A stretch of 63,987 nt of DNA, the filler included, from Basidioascus undulatus (lineage: Eukaryota): assembly GCA_000826855.1 (NCBI GenBank). It is 4 parts of 4 records of this genome, joined end to end, with 100 filler letters (N's around TTAATTAATTAA, not from the genome) between each part and the next. Parts side by side here need not be neighbours in the genome. Positions count along the whole stretch, not along the records: positions 48,931 to 63,987 come from JTLS01000666.1; 3 more parts are not named here. One strand, given 5' to 3'. Every line of letters starts with the position of its first letter. Positions within the stretch are counted from its first letter, which is position 1. The notes beneath the pieces were generated by a model. The model was not told the DNA's origin. It saw only the letters and a list, made by a program, of their open reading frames with translations, and searched no databases. The translations under genes were made by a program, and so were the position numbers. This document shows, piece after piece, positions 48,931 to 60,779 of this stretch.

Positions 48931-49848
48931 TAGAGGGTTCGTGGGTGGAAGTGAGAACGGGGGCGGGGCATGTGGGGCTCACGCTTGGGTGAAGGGAGGG
49001 GATGGGTTGAAGGAAGACGGAGCGGGTTGGGAGGCTTGTATGGGCTTGTATGTTGCTTGGATAGTAGCTGTTGCAATGTCATGACACAATTTCGACTGTC
49101 TGAAGTCTCGACCCTTCGCATGCTCCCAGTTGCAGCCAGCGGACCACCGTCTTCCTTCCCCTCTTTCACTTTGAATGCACTACCATCATCTGAAAGGGGC
49201 AGAATTGCGTGCAGGTCGGCTGAAACAGGTCGTTTTGGACGTTTGGGGGGGGGGAATGTCCGAGGCTTAACAGTTCATTTCGAGAAACGTCGTCTCGGGC
49301 AGCTGTGGCAAACGTGAAGGTCCACTTTGGACGACACGAACGCCCTGTCGTTCTTCCTTCGCTTCATTCAAACCATTCTTTACAGAAATGCATTCCAAAA
49401 AGCTGAAGTCTAGTGCACAACTGTTGCCAGTTACATGTCCGCGAGTCCACAGCCGTATGTCCGTCTTGATCACAAAGCGACGGTCACTGGCACGCTCCTC
49501 CGATCCTTGCCCATCAAGGTAGACGTTCTCAGGCCTTTGGTCAGGCCGGTGAGAAATTTTTCGACCGATTCCTGCAAGATGTGCATTTCTACGCAGGTAC
49601 TACCTGAAGTGAGTGCGTTTAGTTCAAGCCGCAATGTGCACAGCTATTCAAACCCGCGCCAGAGGGCTGTTTCCGCTCCCGTTTGGCTTTTCTCGTTCCA
49701 ATTCCTCATTAACAGTCCTTGCCTTAAAGGTTTTACCCGCTTGCGAAGCCAGTTCGGAGTCACAGAAACAGTCACAAGAACGAGCGCGCCTAGCAGCTTG
49801 CAGCTCGCTCTCCTCCCTTGCCAATCATCGTCTCCGCCAGCCATCGCT

Positions 49849-50733
49849 ATGGCATGGTCGGAGAAACTCTACAAGTCCTTCCTCCCACCGCCTCCTCATC
49901 TCAACCTCGCGCGCTTCAGTCCCCGCGCTTCTGCCTTCATCTGGCCGTACTGGGACGTCGTTGTCCCTGGCTGGTCCGCGCGGGTAACGCGTCCTGTCGA
50001 CGACGTTTTCCCCCATCCCGCTACGCCCCTCAATCCTCTTCTCGAGACGCTATTCAGCAGGGTCCACCCGGACGATCTCGCGCGTATTGATGAATACATC
50101 GCCTTCTTCGATAGGGAGTGGGCGGCTGCGCAGGACCTCATCGACGCTGCGCTCGCAATGAAGGACCTAGGCGTTGGGGGGCAGTCCGTGGGTGGCCCGG
50201 GCTTGGACGCGGTGTTCCGCCTCGCGTACAGCGTGCAGACGATGCGGATGGGCGCGGGGGCAATCCAGAGTGCGTGCTTTCTTTACCCCGCCCTTCACCG
50301 CGCTCGCACTCATACCACGTTGGCACGACCAGCTTGGGCTGCGCACAGGGAGCGACTCCTGCCTCCCCCGGCCCGTGCGTCAGCCTCATCTTTCTTATGT
50401 TTCGATATGTTTCGAGACCCATTTTTACCATACAATCCTGATGCGCCTTGGGTGTTGTTCACAGCGAAGGAGCCGACACCGACGATCGCCCACTACGTCT
50501 CGACCCTCGCGGGCACCGCCATTTCCGCCTTCTCTTTCGGCCTCCTCTCTGGTACTGCATCCACTTCCCTCTCAACATTCTCACAAGAAGACCCTGTTCC
50601 CGCTTTGAGCCCTTCACAACTCCATTCTCCCGACCAGCAGACGTTCAGCACGTCTGTCGCCACCTTGTCTTTGACGACCACTCGTCAGCGTGCGCGCACA
50701 CCCTCCGTGATCACCACTCAGGGAGAGCGGTAG
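49849..50733 (+). CDS. Hypothetical intronless protein, paralogue A
   Basis: Open frame from ATG 49849; clear homology to the downstream copy (LPPxPHLNxARFxPRA, HPxDxxRIDxYIAFFDR, PAWAAxRExxLLPPP). Confidence 0.7.
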   Translation: MAWSEKLYKSFLPPPPHLNLARFSPRASAFIWPYWDVVVPGWSARVTRPVDDVFPHPATPLNPLLETLFSRVHPDDLARIDEYIAFFDREWAAAQDLIDAALAMKDLGVGGQSVGGPGLDAVFRLAYSVQTMRMGAGAIQSACFLYPALHRARTHTTLARPAWAAHRERLLPPPARASASSFLCFDMFRDPFLPYNPDAPWVLFTAKEPTPTIAHYVSTLAGTAISAFSFGLLSGTASTSLSTFSQEDPVPALSPSQLHSPDQQTFSTSVATLSLTTTRQRARTPSVITTQGER

Positions 50734-51320
50734 CCCATGGAGAATTAAGCGGTGGGCACCATCCGAGGTGAGGGGTGGGTCGAGCTTTCTAGGGCAAGGC
50801 GGACGGGAGAGGAGAAGTGCAAGGCTGAGGACGCGGATGAGGCATATGGGGTCGAGGCTGTGTTGATGCTGTGGATCTCTTGGTCTGAAACTGGTTTCCA
50901 TTTGTTGGGCAAAACCCCTCAAAAGTCATGAAGACTGACAGGCCAGCTGTTCCTCAGATGGTCGTCCGCTCAGGATTGTTGGGTGTTCTTTGATAATGTT
51001 CGGATCGGGGCACATTCAGTGTTATCTCTTCAACTGTACGAGGTATAGGACTTAAAACATGATGAGAAAGTGTACATTTTACTGCGTAAAGCGAAGGCAA
51101 AGATCTTCCACATTCAGTAGGTGGTTAACACGGCAGTGTACCCGCACAGCCATTCAAGCTCGAGCTCGAGGCCTTTTATTTCTGCACATTCTTGTCTCTT
51201 TACAATTAGCATTCGTTTTGACCCCTGTGAGTGTCCAACACAGCCCCGTTACAACAAGAAACAAGACACTCAGTGCGAGCTTGGTCTCCTTCTAACCCTT
51301 ACGATCTACATCGAGCCACG

Positions 51321-51940
51321 ATGTCGCTACTCTTCCCGTTTCCAACTGACAAGCTGCTACTACCTCCCCTCCCTCACCTGAACCCCGCACGCTTCCGCCC
51401 CCGCGCTCTTCACTTCCTTTTTCTGTTCCGGGACGGCCTCAGCCCCAATTGGTGGCAAGAGGGGACACCTTCCGCCGACGTCGACACCCTCCCGGACCCC
51501 GCCATCCCCCTCGACCCGATGCTCGAAAAGATATTCACCGAGATACATCCGAATGATGTCAAGCGTATCGACGATTACATCGCCTTCTTCGACCGGCAGG
51601 GCGAGGCGTCGGAGGACCTCATCGTTGTATTCGAGCCGGGAGAAGAGCGATTCCGTGCCGCGAACTTCATGTAGATGATTGAACTGGCAACCTACGAGGA
51701 ATATTTGAGGTTGGATATGGGTGCAATCCGCAGTACATACTTTGTGCACCCCAGCCTTTGACCGCGCTGGCACTCATGCGACGTCGGAATCGCCAGCTTG
51801 GGCGGCGTACCGGGAGCAGCGCCTGCTGCCTCCGCCGGATGGTATGTCCACTTTATCCCACTTCGTATCAGAACTAGTTCCATCGTAGAGCCTCTTGACA
51901 CCCGGTGGGTGGGGTTCACAGCGAAGAAATCCTGACGAGG
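51321..51940 (+). pseudogene. Hypothetical protein, paralogue B, disrupted
   Basis: Homologous to 49849-50733; in-frame TAG at 51672-51674 with homology continuing past it (MGAIRSTYFVHPAFDRA...PAWAAYREQRLLPPP). Confidence 0.65.
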
Positions 51941-54900
51941 CAGTCCGATTGGCATTCGGCTTTGACCTGCCCGCTGTCGCAGAGATGCAGAGATGGGAAA
52001 GAACATGCCCACGGTACGCCCTCTTCGTATGCAGTTGTAATCTTCGTTGGCGGGCGCTGGAGGTCTATAATTTCATGAACCTCACCAGGTTGTGAAACAT
52101 AGTGAGAATGTCCTGGAGAGTATCAAACGCAGCCCTGTACCTTTCAGGCACGTCCAAAACCCCTGGGTCGAAACGCTGCATTGGGAGTCTGCTCGCTCGG
52201 GATGTGCCTCGAAGTGAGCCTGCGATCCTAAGTTCCCCCGCAATCGTTTCAAATAACATAGCTTAACGTTTGGGTGTACCCCTTGTTTAAGAACATTCCC
52301 CGGTTGAACAATGTCTTCGCTGAGATCGAGGCGGCACTGGAACGCAGGTTTGTCGATGATGTGGTGAAGGTGGTTGTTGCGCTCACCCCTACACTCCCTC
52401 TGAGATTCTGACACTACTTCTCATCGCGCAGAGCACAGAACTGCCCTTATCAAGGCTGTCCAGGGAGCTCCTCCAGACCCCGGCAAGCGTGGCAATGCTC
52501 TTGTCGTCGCTCTGTGGATGCAGGAGGAGGCCCTCGTCGTCGGCCCACGAAGTTCTTGCCGGTGTGTCCCGAGCTTTTTGAGAGACGACTAAACAGGGAA
52601 GGTGATCAAGCTGCGAAGTAGAACAAAGAAAAACAAAGCAGGGTGGGACGACAGGTACCTGTGCAGCAGCACGGTGACAGCCCCAGGCCGCATTTACCAG
52701 CTGCGAAGCTCAATAATCACCCTGAATAATGGTAGGAAACCGAGAATGGAGGTTTCCGTGAAACCACTGGACTACATGAAGGATCTCCACATGTACACAT
52801 CGCTTGAAATGGCGTGTTGCCAAAATTCAACAATGCAACGCAGGCGCTGCTCTCTAGCAAACACAAGTATCCTTACAGGACGGTTCCTCATAGTATGTCT
52901 CAAATCTCTGTATATTAAACATATAAACAAATAGGATTCTTAGTAGTATCTAATTCTGACGAGGCCCTTGAGCCACCGGTTTGAACGTGTAGGCCTCAGC
53001 TTACATGCGCGTCAGTCTGTTGAAAACTCCCTCACACTGTCGGTTAGCCTTGAGTGCACTTGAATCATACGACAAGATTAAGTAAGTAACTGTACGTACA
53101 GCTTTTACCTTTTTGAAGCAGCTAACGAATGCGTGGGCGTCGAGTCGACATGCAGCCTGTATCCGCCAACTGTTGAATCGTGCTGTTTCTGAGGGTGGGA
53201 AGAAAATCAGCCCGGCTGGAACCAGTGAAGAAGCTCTTAAACTGTATCATAACCCAGAATAAATCCTTTTGGTATCAGAACTGCCCTTCAGTTTTATTGA
53301 GATGTATAGTTTGCCTCTCGCGTTGGTAGTTCCTACAAATCCTCGGAAGACTCGCTCAGATTCCACTGGGCACCCTTAGTCAGAGGGCTGAAAAACTCCT
53401 CAAGGATTGGCCCGGCGTGGCCGACGAGGATCTCGACGACGAAGACGACGACTCGGACTTCGACTCACAGTGGGGTTCCGACTGGCCTTCCGAGAGCGGG
53501 CGCTACTCTCTCGACAAGGGAGTGAATGACGTCGGCCCGTTTTCGGAAGTAGTGAGCTCAAAAGACGAAGCGGAAAGTGAGGTTCACATCTACTGGACTC
53601 TACCAGCCGTTCTGTGCGAGGTAAGGCCCTTGGATTTCTGAGCTTAGGTATCTCCCGAGAAGAATCTGATCAACTCCATTGGTTGCGGTCGTGCGTCTTG
53701 GACCTGACGGTTTCTTGGACCTGACGGTCGACGTGAAGGAGGAGAAGCAGAGCGTTCTCACAGAGTACCACGTTCTTGCCCGCGCCAATCCGAGCTACAT
53801 ATAAGAACGGGAGCGAGGGGGACGGCTTGTCCGGAATATTCCGCTGTGGAGTTCTGGGTGAAGAGGGGGTAAGTAACGATGATCCATAATATACACTGCT
53901 ATCCCTGGCACATCCTTGACCGACACCTTCTGTTCCACTAGTACCCAGCAACTCGTATGCTACGCAGTCACCTAGAAGACCTCAGCAAGAAAGTCGAGCA
54001 AGAAAAGCTCGTTTCGGACCGACGCGGACTGGGGCGGAGGGGTCCTTCGGGGTGAAAGCTGCGTTCTTGAGCTGGCTGCACAACACTGATGAGGAACGGC
54101 GCAGGGTGCTGTCCTTTCTGCCATCCCCGTCGTTCCGAATTGCACTGTGGGGTGTCCGGGCTCCGCGGGCACTACTCATGGACTAGTTTCGGAGAACTTT
54201 CGGAGAGCAAGCGGAGCTCTTTCCTCAGTCGCACTTGGGCACGCAAGTGGTCGTCGGACGGCAGCGGCCAGTGAGCCCGACTCCGTCGAGTCTTCCGGTG
54301 CAGGCCCGCAGGACGCACTGTCGGCCCGGCGCTCTCATCCTGCCGGCCAACCATGATCGAGCTGTGGACTCCGCCCGGTGCTCCACAGTTACCCCAAAGT
54401 GCCCCAAAATGCCTAAGGGACGTAGTGTGGGGACGCGAACTGCAAGGTTGCAGCCTATCGGAAGGGGAAGTGGAGGTCTTGGAAGGGTAACGGAACTGCA
54501 CCGGCTGCAGTACTACATGGCAGCGACTCTTCCTCCGCTGAAGTACTGCCCAATGGTATTCCGGTGCAAGCTTTAGGTCTCATGTGGCGGCCACTGAGTT
54601 GTGCAAATGGGAACGCGCACAGCAGCAAGTGGAGGATTCTCGCGCCCAGCAGGCCAACCCGTTCTGGAGCCCGCAGCAGTCGCAACCTAACTCGCTATAC
54701 TTACTATACTTCGCGAGCTGGTCGAAGATGACCGATCGATATTCGAAGCGCATCTCGACTACCTGCCGGTCTCGAAGACATCCCGGGTCTACCTCTTCAA
54801 CACCCTGAACGGACCCCCCTCCCTGTCACCGCGATGAGCAAAACGAGACGGAGCCGCAGCGGGACGGGAAGGATGGTATGGGGGAGCAGGGCCAATTTCA

Positions 54901-57609
54901 GGCTAGCCAGAGGGGAAGTACGGACTCCGAAGATGTGACAATAATGTAGCTAGCGCCATGAGGCTTTTGTACCGTGTTCCACAGCGTTTGTATCTGTAGC
55001 GCTTCGTTTTACACGCATACACCTTCTCTAATGTGTTGAAGCATCGACCATGAGAACCTACCCACGTAGTTGACACCGATTCCGTGAAAGCGCGGCGGCA
55101 GCTGCGGCCGAGCTGAAGAACTGTTCCTCGCCATCATCGCCGATGCCGCACAGTATGTGGTATGACCACCTCAGGTATCGAACGATATAAAAGCTCAATT
55201 TCGGTATTCAGTTAAACCTCCATAGTCGGTGGTCGTCCGGCGTCCTGCAACCTTTGACCGAAATTCTACCGCCGGCCTCTCCGACCGCACACCCTGAACA
55301 CCGTGCCTTGCACAGTGCGCAGCATCGCCTTTCACCGAGAAGAAAAAAGGTCGGAGCTTGTCGAGCGCGGCGTTCCTCGTCCCAGCCCGCAGACATTCAC
55401 CACCGCGCTCACGGGTGTGGACAAACACCGCTTTTTCTTGCGGGATTAGTTACCTTGTCCTACCCCTTCTGAAGAGTTCTGAAGTGTGCATGTGTTGGAG
55501 GTTGTGACTGAATGGAGGCCCGGGCGGGTGGACCGGCGTGAGGAACCGCAGTTTTTCTATTTTGCAGCTCGCGCTGCACATACACGCTGCAGGTCCCCAA
55601 TCTTGGGGCTTGAACCATGAACCACAACTGGGGATTGAGGACGCCCGGATAGGCGCACGCTAACGAATTCATGTACACTCCAGTTGTACCTCGTTTCTAT
55701 CGTCGAGATCCTTCTCATCGCCGTCGCCTCCTCCTCCATCCCAAGTCCCCACCCATCCACGAGTTTTACGCCCTCCTGTCAACCGAGAACACTGTCTCGC
55801 CCCCCGCCCGCCGCTCGGCCGAGCTCCGCAGTTTTTTCTGACTTTCGACGTGCGATTGATTGATTATTGATTGAAGTCCGACGGGAGACGGACTGGGGAC
55901 AAAGGAGTGACGTGAGACACGCTGCGTTCCGTCGGGGGATCGCCAGGCGAGGGCGCTGGGGCACACGCGATGCGGAGCCGCCGGGAGGAGGCGATGAAGT
56001 CACCAGCCAGCAGGGCTCGCAGCCTTTTTTTAGCGCGGTGTTTTGTTGCTGGGCTTACTGAGGATGGTGTTGTTCGCAGCAGAGCTTGGAGGAGCACTAA
56101 TGCAGGTGAATGGACCGTAAGTTGCAGGAGCAGGAGCAGGTGTGGACGGGCGCGATTGGGTCGTGTGAGCTCGTGAGTTCGCGGTTCGCGATAAGCGCGG
56201 TTCCAGCAAACCGGGAAGTGAGGACGCAGGACGGGGGACGGGGGACGTGGGACGTGGGACATGCGATATCTCGGCTCTATTAACCTGTGTCAGCTGCACA
56301 TGCGTCTGTTTGGTCGTCCGCCCTTCGCGAGCTTTGGTTCAGCCAAGTTCAGCGGCTCAGCACGATGCGCTCATCTTCAGCCGGTCGTCCCGGGCGGTGT
56401 TTGTAAGCTCGTGAGCTCGTTCACGGCGACTTAAGCACAATGACCAAGGGGATTGTCATGGTGCTTTGAGCAACTTGCACCCGCCAAGCGTGGGTGCACG
56501 CGTTTGGAGATCCGCATTAAGATGTGAATGAGTCATGTAGGTACCTACAGCGCAGTCCGGAAGCAACGACAAGGTGGACGGGAGGAGCCGAGGAGGATCG
56601 CGTTTTCAGGATGAAGTTCTGAACGTCTTCATGAACGCCCTCGCAGATTTTACAGTCCACAAATGATACTTTTTTGTTTGCATCCTGGGTGTCAAGAGAT
56701 AAGCAAGTCAACTGTCGTTGGTCGCAACGGCGTCTGTCAATCCCTGGACAGTGTGGCTTGGTGCACTCGCCAGTGTGAGACAGTGGCTCAAACTCAGTCG
56801 CTGTTAGTGGATGCCGTTGCGATCGACGTCGGCACAGGCCTGCGTCTTCCGGCCCGCGTGTTCAGGGGAAGGGGAAGGGGCGGGCGCGAGCGGGGGCGGG
56901 GATAGCGCCCTGGCTCCCTGCCGAGGTTCATCGTCGAGGACCGAGCGCTGCAAACCGCATCTCGCTCGCTCGCTCGACTCGCTCGACTCACCCGACGCGG
57001 GTAACAAAGGAACTCGTGCTTCGCTCCCCCTCCCTCCTCGCCCTCTCTCGCCTGGCTGCGATCGGCGTCTGTCGTGGAACTCGATATACATATTCTGTAG
57101 GACCCTCCGTTCGGAATCCAAGGCTGCTGATCCTACATAGCTCTGACATCCATTCTTGTCCTTGCACCATTACCATCTGTCCACACCCCTTGGCGCTCCT
57201 GATCAGGCCCCTGGCGTACTTTTCGTCGCTAACTATTAGTCCATACAATCTACGCGACAAGCGACATCCTCGGCGCCCACGCTTTCAACGACCCCGAGAG
57301 CAGCGCCTCTCTGTCAAAAGAACGCCCCTCTCCCCCCTGACCCGACAATCGACGGAGGCCCCGCCCCGTGCTCGGGCGGCATCGCAGGCGACGGCGAGAG
57401 ACCCATACGCCATTAAGACGTCGCTCGCACGTCCACCCCATCATATGTGAGCACCCCCCGTCAACTCTCACCCAGAAATCCCCCCTTCGATCCCCCTTCG
57501 ATCCCCCCGACAACATCTTGCAGCGCAGACGGCTGCCTGTTTGAGTTTGCTTATCCTGAACACCGCTGCAGCCCACCGAGAACACAACCCCCCGCGCCAG
57601 CCTTCTCTC

Positions 57610-59726
57610 ATGCCCTCGCCGTCGACAAAGTCGACCGCCTCGTCCTCGCCGCGCAAGCGCCGCCGCTCGCCCTCCGTCGAGGACGACGACGAGAGCACCC
57701 CGCCAGCGCAGGCGACGTCCGACACGCAGCAGCCCTCGACAGCCGACGGCTCAACAAAAGGCGCGGTTCGTCCCCCCCCACTTGCTGCCCCCCCGCACCT
57801 TTCCCCTGGATCCCCCTTCACCGCCCGTCGCCGCTCTATTGCTCAGTGCCTGATTGTCGTTCCTGTCCCGTCTCTGTTGCTGTCACTCCCCTCCAGGACT
57901 CGTCCCCGCCCGCACCGAAGCGCACGCGCTCCTCCCAGCGCATCGCCGACGCGTCGTCAGCAGCAGCGCGTGAAACAGCAGCAGCGTCGACCACCGCCGC
58001 GACACCCTCGGCGAAGGAGGACATGCACCGCGCACACGCCTCGCCGGGCGAGAATGGCGGTGCGCAGCAGCAACACCAGGCGGGCGAGGAGGGGAGCTGG
58101 GACGCGGTGGAGGAGGGCCGGCGGGACAGCGGCGCGTCGGGAGTCACGTCGCTATCATCGCCCACGCTCCAGCACGCGGACTCGTCCCGGTCGAACTCCA
58201 ATTCGCCCCCCTCCCGCGCCGGCGGCGGTCTCCCCGCCTCTGCCATCGCGTCCCCTTCCTCCCCAACGCAGCCGAGCGTGCTCGGTTACGCGCCCGACTC
58301 CGCGGCGCGAAACACTGCCCAGCAGCCCCCACCCCCCGGCTACGCGTCCAATCCCCCCGAATCCGCCGGCTCCTCATCCAGACCCGCCGGTGCTACACGT
58401 CGAGGCAAGCGCAAAGCCGACAGCCAGTCGAGCGCGACGTCCCAGCGCGCCACGCAGTCGACGTCGCCCGAGCTGCCGCATCAACATCAGCCCCAGCCGA
58501 CCCCGCCTCCGCCTCCGCCTCAGCAGCAGCATCACGGCTACGCGAGCTACTACCAGCAAGGCTACGCGGGCGGGTGGTGGGCAGCGCCAGGCGGCCATCC
58601 CTCTCACGCGCCACCACCATCGCCGTACGACGCGCAGCGGACGATGTACTCTCCCGGTTCCTATCCCCAGCACGCACACAACGCCGCGTGGTACGCGCCG
58701 GGCGGGCAGCAGTCGCCGCCCGGTGCAGCTCAGCCGGGGGCGTCGGGCCCGCCGAACGGCTCGCCGTACGGCGCGGCGTTCACTCCAGAGCAGCAGGGCC
58801 AGGCGACGCTGGAGCAGATGGCCAGGGCTGGGCTGCCCGCTGGCGCGCAAGCCGACCCGCAGCAGCAACAGCAGATGCCCCAGGGGATGACGACGATCGT
58901 GCCGCGCCGGCGGGGCAAGCTGCCCAAGCAGACGACCGACACGCTCAGGAAGTGGCTCATGGAGCACGCGACCCACCCGTATCCGACCGAGGACGAGAAG
59001 CGCATGCTGTGCTCGATAACGGGTCTTACGCTCACGCAGGTGCGTCTTTTCCTCTTTCGTGCTGCAGTGTCGTCGTCTTCTTCCAGTTCCGAACGTCGCC
59101 TGACTTTTTTTCGCCGCTGCCGTTCACAGGTGTCGAACTGGTTCATTAACGCGCGCCGCCGCATCCTCGTACCAGCCGGTACGGGGCACGCGGTCGGGAC
59201 GCAAATCGTCGGCGCGCCGATCACGACGTCCGTCCCGAACGCGGCGACGACCTCTCCGCAGCTGGGCGGGGCGTCTCCCGGCTCCTCCGCGCCCGGCTCT
59301 GCGACTCCCTCCGCCTCCAAGCGCTCCAAAGGCGGTTCCAGCGGCGCGTCGACGGCGAACAAGTCCGCGACGCCGTCGCCGCACCTGTCGCACGCGCCGG
59401 CGCCGCCCGCGTCTTCCCAGCCGCCGTCGCCGTACGCCGCGCCGGCGCAGAACCTGCGCATGCCCTCGGGGTACCCCGCCGCGCCCGGCCAGATGGGGCC
59501 GCCCGGCGGAGCACAGCAGCAGCAACAGCAGAGCGCGTACCTCTACCCATACTACTACCCGCCGCCGCAGCCCGGCCAGCAATACCCGCCGCAGCCCCAG
59601 CACGCGTACGGCCAACCCTACACGCACTACTACCCCGCGCCGCTGCCCCAACAGCAGCAGCAGCAGCAGCAGCATGAGCGTCCGGGCGCGAACGCGGGCG
59701 GGCAGGGCAGTAGCAACGGAGCGTGA
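57610..59726 (+). CDS. TALE-class homeobox transcription factor (Homeobox_KN, Cup9/Tos8-like)
   Basis: RRRGKLPKQTTDTLRKWLMEHATHPYPTEDEKRMLCSITGLTLTQ|VSNWFINARRRIL with the PYP loop; introns 57766-57896 and 59040-59129; Q/P/Y-rich low-complexity flanks. Confidence 0.92.
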
Positions 59727-60779
59727 TTCATCGTCGAGCGCCGCAGCTTTTTCCCTCGTCCGTTTGTCCCGTTCGCGCACCGCCCGAATACCCCTCTCGC
59801 AAGATTCCCGCCCCTGTACTTTCCCGCCGAACCGGTTTCATTTAGGTGTTCACTGTCGTCTTTCTCGGTGCGTCCTCCCCCCCTCTCCCGCGTCCCCTCT
59901 GCGGCCCGCTGACGCGCCCGCCCGACTCGCAGGTCTGTCGTTGATGAAAGTGTGATGATGTCTTCCTCTACCCGCGGTACCTTATCGACCTGTGTTCCGC
60001 ATTACCTGTGTGTCCAGCTTGCCATACACCTTGAACTTTTCTTTCTCTCGCTCCGAAGGGATCGATCGCATGCCCCGTTGTTTCCTCGTCGCTTCTTGTC
60101 CCTCGTCGCTTTTTGCTCCGGCTCCCCCTACACCTTTCTTGAAATAGCAAATGATACAATCGGAGCGGCAATTTTCACGAACGCTAGAATACTCTTCTTT
60201 TTTACCCGCATCGCCGGTGGGTTTGTGTGCTCGTAGGCGTGAAGACGACCCAAATTCCATGTTTCCGCGACGGTTCGTTTGCAATGCATCGTTTGCAGTG
60301 TGGCATATCTTATCTTGATTGCTGAGCACGTGTGAGCATGTGCCAGGGCCACCTTTGCAATTCAGCTGCTTCGATTCGATTCCGAGACAGGGGCCTGGAG
60401 GCTGTAGTCGAAGTCAATTTGAACTCAGTGACCGTCACCTCGTCGAACGTTACAACACGCCGGTGTCTCTGCGCATGACAAACTGCGACAGCCCCGCTGT
60501 ACAACGTGCGTCTGTCGCCTCGGGGCGGTCCCAAAAAAGTTAAGAGACGGTTGGACGTGTAATGCGTTCGGGACGTCGACAGCGGGCGGTTGATCGCAAG
60601 GGGGTGCCGACGCCGAGCCCTGACGCCGACGCTTCAACCTTCATCTGCCCACCTGCTCGAGCTTTCTTGCATGGTGTTGTTATCACCTTCCAATGATAGG
60701 CTTAGCAGTTGATCACCGGAAATTTTTGTACCGCTGTAGGTCTCAAACGTATAATCCTCCCGCTCTGCGTGGTGTACTG

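Noticed and set aside
50050..50090. VHPDD motif suggesting a PAS domain
   Set aside because: Surrounding sequence lacks the PAS beta-strand pattern; five residues are not enough.
56224..56262. GGGACG(T/G) short tandem repeat
   Set aside because: Simple minisatellite with no spacers; not CRISPR-like.
57447..57609. ORF-track start of the 759-aa homeobox ORF
   Set aside because: Non-ATG start that reads through an intron; ATG 57610 with intron 57766-57896 gives a cleaner model.
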